DNA of 64,000 bases, taken from NCBI GenBank assembly GCA_036444275.1, contig JAZGAD010000047.1, positions 6,125 to 70,124 of the forward strand. Reading direction: 5' to 3'. This document shows, in pieces, positions 59,092 to 64,000 of the stretch. The DNA comes from Candidatus Hydrothermarchaeales archaeon. GTDB taxonomy: Archaea > Hydrothermarchaeota > Hydrothermarchaeia > Hydrothermarchaeales > JAZGAD01. The notes below the pieces were generated by a model. That model saw nothing but the letters and a program-made list of their open reading frames with translations. It did not search any database and was not told where the DNA came from. Each line of letters opens with the position of its first letter. The first letter of the stretch is position 1. The translations under genes and the position numbers were made by a program.

Positions 59092-60976
59092 CTTCCTTCT
59101 TAAGCTGCCTAAGCAAGGCTATGTTCTCTTGTCTATATGCGTTTCTCCTCCTGTTATAGAGGCGCATCCTTCCTTTTAGTATGTTTTTAAGGGGCGCCAA
59201 GCTGAAAGAGATGCTTAATCCCGAAGGGGGTTGGATGTTGAGGTCCTGCCAGGGCGTCCTCTCTCCTCTGGCTTCTCCCTTGAGGTGTTTAAGTAATTTT
59301 ACCTTCTCCATCCTATAAATCCGCTTCGATCTACTCACGAGGGCTATAGCAGTCATTGCCAATAGAACCGCTATGCCGAGTTGCACTAATAGGGCGCGCT
59401 TCACCTTAGGCAAGCGGGGTAACGTAGGTAACGTGGGTAATGTAAATGGCCATAGCGGTGCTTCTTCCACTATCTCTGGCTGTGCTTCTTCGATCTTTTC
59501 TTCTGGAACTTTTTCTTCTGGTACTACAGGCTTTTTTGGAGTCACAACTACCGGGATTGAGTCGCCATAGGAATGATAGAGGACACCACGGGGGTCTCTA
59601 TAGCCTACACTTAGCGTAGGAATCTTATAGGTGGTGATCTCTTCTGCCCCCTGGGCATGTATGGTATATGAGATTGAACTAAATTCTCCCGGCATTAATT
59701 CCCCTACCCACTCACTCTCCCCCCCAACAATCTTAAGCCCTTCGGGTGTACTATCCATCAGCCTTATTCCGATGGCTTCTTCTCCTCCTATATTCGTGAC
59801 TTCTATCCTGATAGTGGCATAGTCGTCCACCATCAACTCTTGACTAGTTATTGTCCTAGTAACTTTTAGGTTAGGTGGTTCAGGGGCTTTTTTCTCTTCT
59901 TCTCCAGAAGGGGCTCGGATATTGAGGAAGTACACCTTATTGTCATAGGACCCGGCAGCCACCCGCTCTCCATCAACGGACATTGCCACCGAAGTAACCC
60001 TTGACCCAGCTCCATATTTTCCTAAAAGAATGCCGCTTGAATCCAAGACATAGATATTATTATCCACGGACGCAGCTGCAATCTTACTTCCATCAGCGGA
60101 GAGGGCGACATCCCAAATCTCCCCCCCGGTCTCATAGCGTCCGGTTAAAACACCCGGGGCGGAGGCTCCAGGTCCTCGAACAAGTTGGAATATGTATACT
60201 TTGCCGTCTTGAGAGCCGACTGCGAAATACTCTCCACCTGCCGAAATATCGACGCTTAATACATTGCTACTGAGTCGGTATTTTCCAAGCAGTCTCCCAT
60301 CGGAATCAAAGGTGTAGACCCGGTTGTCATGGGACCCGGCCACTATGTAGCGGCCATCATCAGAAATAGCTACAGTACCTACTATACCCTCAGTCTTGTA
60401 GTTCCACAATAGGTTGCCCTTAGAGTCAAGAAAATATATGCTGTAATCCCAAGAGCCGGCTACCACATATTCTCCATCGGCAGAAGTAGCAACTGAGAGG
60501 ACATCATCCCCGGTGCGATACTTCCATAGGAGTTTGCCATCTTGTAGGAAATAGATGTTGTCGTCATAGGATCCAGCTGCAACGTAGCGCCCGTCTTTAG
60601 AGATGTCGACAGACCAAACAGTATCCTTAGCAGGATATTTCCAGAGCAGGGACCCCGTAACGTCCAAAAAGTAAATGTTGTTGTCCCCGGATCCAGCGGC
60701 GATATATTCAGCGCCGGACGAGGTAGCCACAGACCAAATTGAGTCCTCGGTCTCATATTCCCAGATCATATTACCTCTTGAATCAAAGAAGTATATGTTG
60801 TGATCCCAGGACCCGGCCACTACGTACTCCCCTCGCTGCGAAGTTGCCACTGCCCATATCCCTGATCCGCTCTCAAAGCTCCAGAAGAGCATCAGTTCTT
60901 CAGCATAAGCTATAGGGAATACTAGCAATGCTGCTACTAGGAGTACTATAACCAGTACTACTCTTACCTTTTTCAT
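59081..60976 (-). CDS. cell-surface PQQ-like beta-propeller repeat protein with a CARDB-like domain and C-terminal TM anchor
   Basis: Signal peptide and about 8 repeats of AAGSxDxNIYFLDxxGxLLWKY. A Pro/Glu-rich linker, a TM helix and a basic cytoplasmic tail follow. Confidence 0.7.
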   Translation of the reverse strand: MKKVRVVLVIVLLVAALLVFPIAYAEELMLFWSFESGSGIWAVATSQRGEYVVAGSWDHNIYFFDSRGNMIWEYETEDSIWSVATSSGAEYIAAGSGDNNIYFLDVTGSLLWKYPAKDTVWSVDISKDGRYVAAGSYDDNIYFLQDGKLLWKYRTGDDVLSVATSADGEYVVAGSWDYSIYFLDSKGNLLWNYKTEGIVGTVAISDDGRYIVAGSHDNRVYTFDSDGRLLGKYRLSSNVLSVDISAGGEYFAVGSQDGKVYIFQLVRGPGASAPGVLTGRYETGGEIWDVALSADGSKIAAASVDNNIYVLDSSGILLGKYGAGSRVTSVAMSVDGERVAAGSYDNKVYFLNIRAPSGEEEKKAPEPPNLKVTRTITSQELMVDDYATIRIEVTNIGGEEAIGIRLMDSTPEGLKIVGGESEWVGELMPGEFSSISYTIHAQGAEEITTYKIPTLSVGYRDPRGVLYHSYGDSIPVVVTPKKPVVPEEKVPEEKIEEAQPEIVEEAPLWPFTLPTLPTLPRLPKVKRALLVQLGIAVLLAMTAIALVSRSKRIYRMEKVKLLKHLKGEARGERTPWQDLNIQPPSGLSISFSLAPLKNILKGRMRLYNRRRNAYRQENIALLRQLKKEVGG

Positions 60977-61041
60977 TTTTGAATCCTTTCAATATTCTTT
61001 GAATTTTTCACTGCATTATAAACCTTATTAGGGTATACGCC

Positions 61042-62427
61042 CTAGGATAGAAGCCTCCTGATCGTTTGATACAGCTTAGAGATAATCTCTATCTCTACCA
61101 TGAACTTTGGCATGGTTAAGAATCCCTGTATTTCAGCCACTGCATCGTCGTTTACTCCTACGAATACCACCTTCAGTTTTTTACCTCCAGAGGTCACCTT
61201 GTGGTCTAGAATGAATTTCTTAACCGTAGAGGGTACCCTCGCACCGTCTACATAGAGGAGAGGCGCCTTATACTCTGCCGAGACCATGAGTGCATCCGCG
61301 CTGGGAGCATTTCCATCGGTTACCACCACCACCTCTGGATCCTCGACCATTCCTGCGAGTTCCACGGCAGTCTCATAGCGGGATTCTCCCCAGATACGCT
61401 CTACTCTTGCTAACTTCGCCAAGTTCGCTTCAACATCATAGGAGACTGCAACCGGACCTCCAGCGATTATTATCTTATCTGGATCCAACTTCTTCAAGGC
61501 GCCGAGTGTGGCATCGGGGAGCTCCCCGGGCTTGGTTAAGAGTATGGGGATCCCTTGGGATTTTGCAAAGGCAACAGCTGCCATAGAGTCCACAAGTAGG
61601 TCGCCTCTAGCTATTATCACTGCCTTGCTAGAGAGATACCTCTGCATAACCGCCTTGGCAGAGCTCTCATATATCTCGGGCGATGGCATTTCCAGGGGGC
61701 GTGGTAAAGCAGCTTGAACTATGGGATTGCTGGGTATCAAGTACTTACCGACCAGTGCCAGCGAAGCAGCGATTGGTGTCGGCAAAAGATAGAAGGGACC
61801 TACCTTTAGTCTGCGCTCCTCCAAAATGCATCTGGAAAGTTCAGGACTCCAAATATTAATCGTTTTCGTAAAACAAGGAGGCGGAGTCGGCACAGCAGGA
61901 GCTCCCCCACCACCTGGTGGAGTGATGATGATTCTTTTTTTAACTATTGCAAAAGGTGATAAGGTGCTAACGCGTCCACAGATTTTGTCATTATCCGGGT
62001 CAACTTCGGTGGTGACGTCCATCCATGAAACCTCCCAGTGGAAAAGTTTGTGGTCTGATTGAACATCGATGTCTGTTATGCAAATAGTGATCTCTCCTTC
62101 CCAAGTGGCATTTGCCACTGAGATGTCGTAGTAGTGGCCCACGACTTGAAAATTGGATGGAAGGGGGTCGCCTAAAGGAGATGAGGTCTCGATAACTGTT
62201 GCTGTCCCACCACCCGTTATGTTTTCGAAAGTCATGGTCACGTCTTGATTTGGGAAATCCTTGGTTACGTTCCCGCCCTCAGTGACTACTACCGTAGTGT
62301 AATTCGCATCCAATGTCTCATTCCATCCAGTGCCAGGGGTTCCAGGTTCCCAGTTACCAAGCCCGAAAACGATGGCTAGGCTAAGCGTAGCGGTTAATAA
62401 GAAAGCCAGCAGAGCTTTTTTCCTCAT
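61042..62427 (-). CDS. secreted surface protein with C-terminal CWB2-like (cell-wall-binding) alpha/beta repeats
   Basis: Signal peptide, and C-terminal segments AVIIARGD...ADALSA / PILLT / IIIAGGPVAVS reminiscent of PF04122. Confidence 0.55.
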   Translation of the reverse strand: MRKKALLAFLLTATLSLAIVFGLGNWEPGTPGTGWNETLDANYTTVVVTEGGNVTKDFPNQDVTMTFENITGGGTATVIETSSPLGDPLPSNFQVVGHYYDISVANATWEGEITICITDIDVQSDHKLFHWEVSWMDVTTEVDPDNDKICGRVSTLSPFAIVKKRIIITPPGGGGAPAVPTPPPCFTKTINIWSPELSRCILEERRLKVGPFYLLPTPIAASLALVGKYLIPSNPIVQAALPRPLEMPSPEIYESSAKAVMQRYLSSKAVIIARGDLLVDSMAAVAFAKSQGIPILLTKPGELPDATLGALKKLDPDKIIIAGGPVAVSYDVEANLAKLARVERIWGESRYETAVELAGMVEDPEVVVVTDGNAPSADALMVSAEYKAPLLYVDGARVPSTVKKFILDHKVTSGGKKLKVVFVGVNDDAVAEIQGFLTMPKFMVEIEIISKLYQTIRRLLS

Positions 62428-62543
62428 CTTTTGCTCCCCTTAATCTTATGATTTAAAAGATATATTAACGTTGGTGTAGATATCTTAACATCGACGTAGA
62501 TGATATTATGTTAATCACGTGTATATAACCTCAAAGAAAGCAG

Positions 62544-63314
62544 GTGTATTTATTGAAGTTGGCTACTCTCTTCATTATAGGGATAATCGTGAGCATCACG
62601 GTGCTGGAATACATCTTCGTGTACACCAGCGTGTCCTATGGGATTCTTTTGGCTCTCTTTCTCACAATCGCTATTTACATCCTCATATCCCTGCCGGAAA
62701 AAGAGAACGAGATGATATTAGCGGCAGAATCTCTCGCCTTACTGCCGTTATACGTCCTCTTCACCTCCTCGCTGCCCTGGTTTTTCGTAAAGCAGAGCTA
62801 CCTACTACCAGCCATCTATACCATAATCCTCGGACTCTGTGCCTGGCACATTTACGATAGGGGGATAGGAATGCATGCATTGGGGCTCACCAGGGAGAAT
62901 GCAGTGAAGTATGCCCTTATGGGTGCCTTGATCGGGATCCCTACAGGCGCGATAGAGTATCTGGTCTTGAAGCCGAGCCCTGCTTTCCCTGCCTTCGAGA
63001 TTGCTTACTTCTTTAGAGATTTCGCGTACATGACTCTCTTCGTAGCCCTGGGAGAAGAGCTTCTGTTTAGGGCGATAGTCCAGCTGGATCTTCAGAAAGC
63101 CTTTGGAGATCGGAACGGATTGCTCATGGCTGCCTATCTCTTCGGAGTGATGCATCTCACCTGGCGCTCGCCTACCGAGCTTGCCTTTGCATTCTTCGCG
63201 GGCTATCTTCTAGGCTACATCTATTACAAGACCGGAAGCCTGATGGGGCCGATAATGCTTCATGGCATCAATAATACGATGTTAGTGGCAGTAATGCCCT
63301 ATCTATTACGATGA
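62544..63314 (+). CDS. CPBP (CAAX protease/Abi) family intramembrane metalloprotease
   Basis: Conserved EELLFRAIV, FGVMH and HGINN motifs. Confidence 0.8.
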   Translation: MYLLKLATLFIIGIIVSITVLEYIFVYTSVSYGILLALFLTIAIYILISLPEKENEMILAAESLALLPLYVLFTSSLPWFFVKQSYLLPAIYTIILGLCAWHIYDRGIGMHALGLTRENAVKYALMGALIGIPTGAIEYLVLKPSPAFPAFEIAYFFRDFAYMTLFVALGEELLFRAIVQLDLQKAFGDRNGLLMAAYLFGVMHLTWRSPTELAFAFFAGYLLGYIYYKTGSLMGPIMLHGINNTMLVAVMPYLLR

Positions 63315-64000
63315 TTGGAGTAAGAGTAGACATAGATGCCGTAGGGGATATCAAAGCGGTGCCCTCACTGCTGAACCTCTTTGACGAACATGATATACGA
63401 GCATCTTTCTTCATCGCATTTGGACCCGATAGGGTTGGTAGGAACCTCTTCAAATACATACAAAGACCGTGGGATATTCCGAAGGCAAAGCCCGGGCGCT
63501 ATGGATTTGGCAACCTCCTTCGCAGTTTCTTCAATCCGCAGATCATCGAAGGGTACAAAACCCAACTCATCGAGATAGAGAAGCGGGGTCATGAAGTAGG
63601 GCTCCACGGCTATGACCACTACAACTGGGTCAGGGAAAAAAGGGATATACAGAAAGGCTTGGAATCCTTTAGAGAAGTGTTCGGGAAAAAGCCTAGGGCC
63701 TTCGCGTCCCCTGGATTCAAGACGAATTCAGAATATCTTCGTGCGTTGGACTGCTTCGGATTCGACTACGCCAGCGATTTCTTAGGTAGCGAACCCGTCT
63801 ACCCACTTCTGAACGGAAAAAAAGCAGATACCATGCAGATCCCTGTGAGCATCAAGTCTATTGGTGAGCTCTCAATCAATGGGCAGTCAGATGAGCAGAT
63901 TCTGCGTTTGTATTCCCAAGGTATGGAGAATGAGTTCTTTACTTTTTACCTGCATCCATCCTATGAAGTGAACCATAATTACAGCCTCCTCTGCCGAGTC
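63311..64000 (+). CDS. ArnD-like polysaccharide deacetylase/deformylase family protein (5' part; gene runs off the window end)
   Basis: Hand translation from the ATG at 63311 is open to 64000. RVDIDAVGDIKAVPSLLNLFDEHDIRASFFIAFGPDRVGRNLFKY...HEVGLHGYDHYNW closely parallels the ArnD N-terminus. The start overlaps the CPBP stop (ATGA). Confidence 0.65.
   Translation, partial: MIGVRVDIDAVGDIKAVPSLLNLFDEHDIRASFFIAFGPDRVGRNLFKYIQRPWDIPKAKPGRYGFGNLLRSFFNPQIIEGYKTQLIEIEKRGHEVGLHGYDHYNWVREKRDIQKGLESFREVFGKKPRAFASPGFKTNSEYLRALDCFGFDYASDFLGSEPVYPLLNGKKADTMQIPVSIKSIGELSINGQSDEQILRLYSQGMENEFFTFYLHPSYEVNHNYSLLCRV

Overview
This window is a densely coding archaeal (euryarchaeal-type) chromosomal segment with mixed GC. 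The archaeal call rests on TFB, fibrillarin/Nop5, Sm-L37e, the mevalonate pathway genes, the CODH/ACS subunits CdhC/D/E, DapL-pathway lysine genes and the archaeosine-type TGT/PUA proteins. The multihaem cytochromes, many two-component proteins and cdh genes are compatible with a Methanosarcinales/ANME-like or Archaeoglobi-like lineage, but I cannot resolve this from sequence alone. The left ~21 kb is mostly housekeeping: secF-secD, trmI, pyrB-pyrI, a regulator–HMG-CoA synthase–thiolase–DUF35 operon, tRNA-Pro, tfb and cdhCDE. A small island of repeat-rich secreted proteins (HEAT, FecR-TPR, a 6x two-Cys-repeat lipoprotein) and a tandem pair of paralogous HhH proteins with small AbrB/wHTH regulators interrupts it. 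The most unusual part lies between ~27 kb and 40 kb. It holds a cytochrome b / dihaem / octahaem c-type cytochrome operon. Paralogous signalling modules surround it: two REC-PAS-HK hybrids, and two large membrane sensor kinases whose extracytoplasmic DOMON/EB_dh-like domain carries a conserved CX3CH haem-c-like motif, each followed by a CheY-like receiver. This looks like a duplicated, possibly haem/redox-sensing, regulatory system tied to an extracytoplasmic electron-transfer module. The right third carries cell-envelope functions (Wzx flippase, three tandem NAD-epimerases of which one has a zinc-ribbon insert, PQQ/TolB-like beta-propeller surface proteins, a CWB2-like surface protein, an ArnD-like deformylase). 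It also carries Sm/L37e, purF, tRNA-Ala(GGC), a split ArcS-like pair, JAMM, dapF, HMG-CoA reductase and lysA-dapL. Several short Cys-rich ORFs below the 60-aa track threshold appear real, including one wedged between nop5 and fibrillarin. No CRISPR arrays, rRNA or obvious mobile elements were seen.
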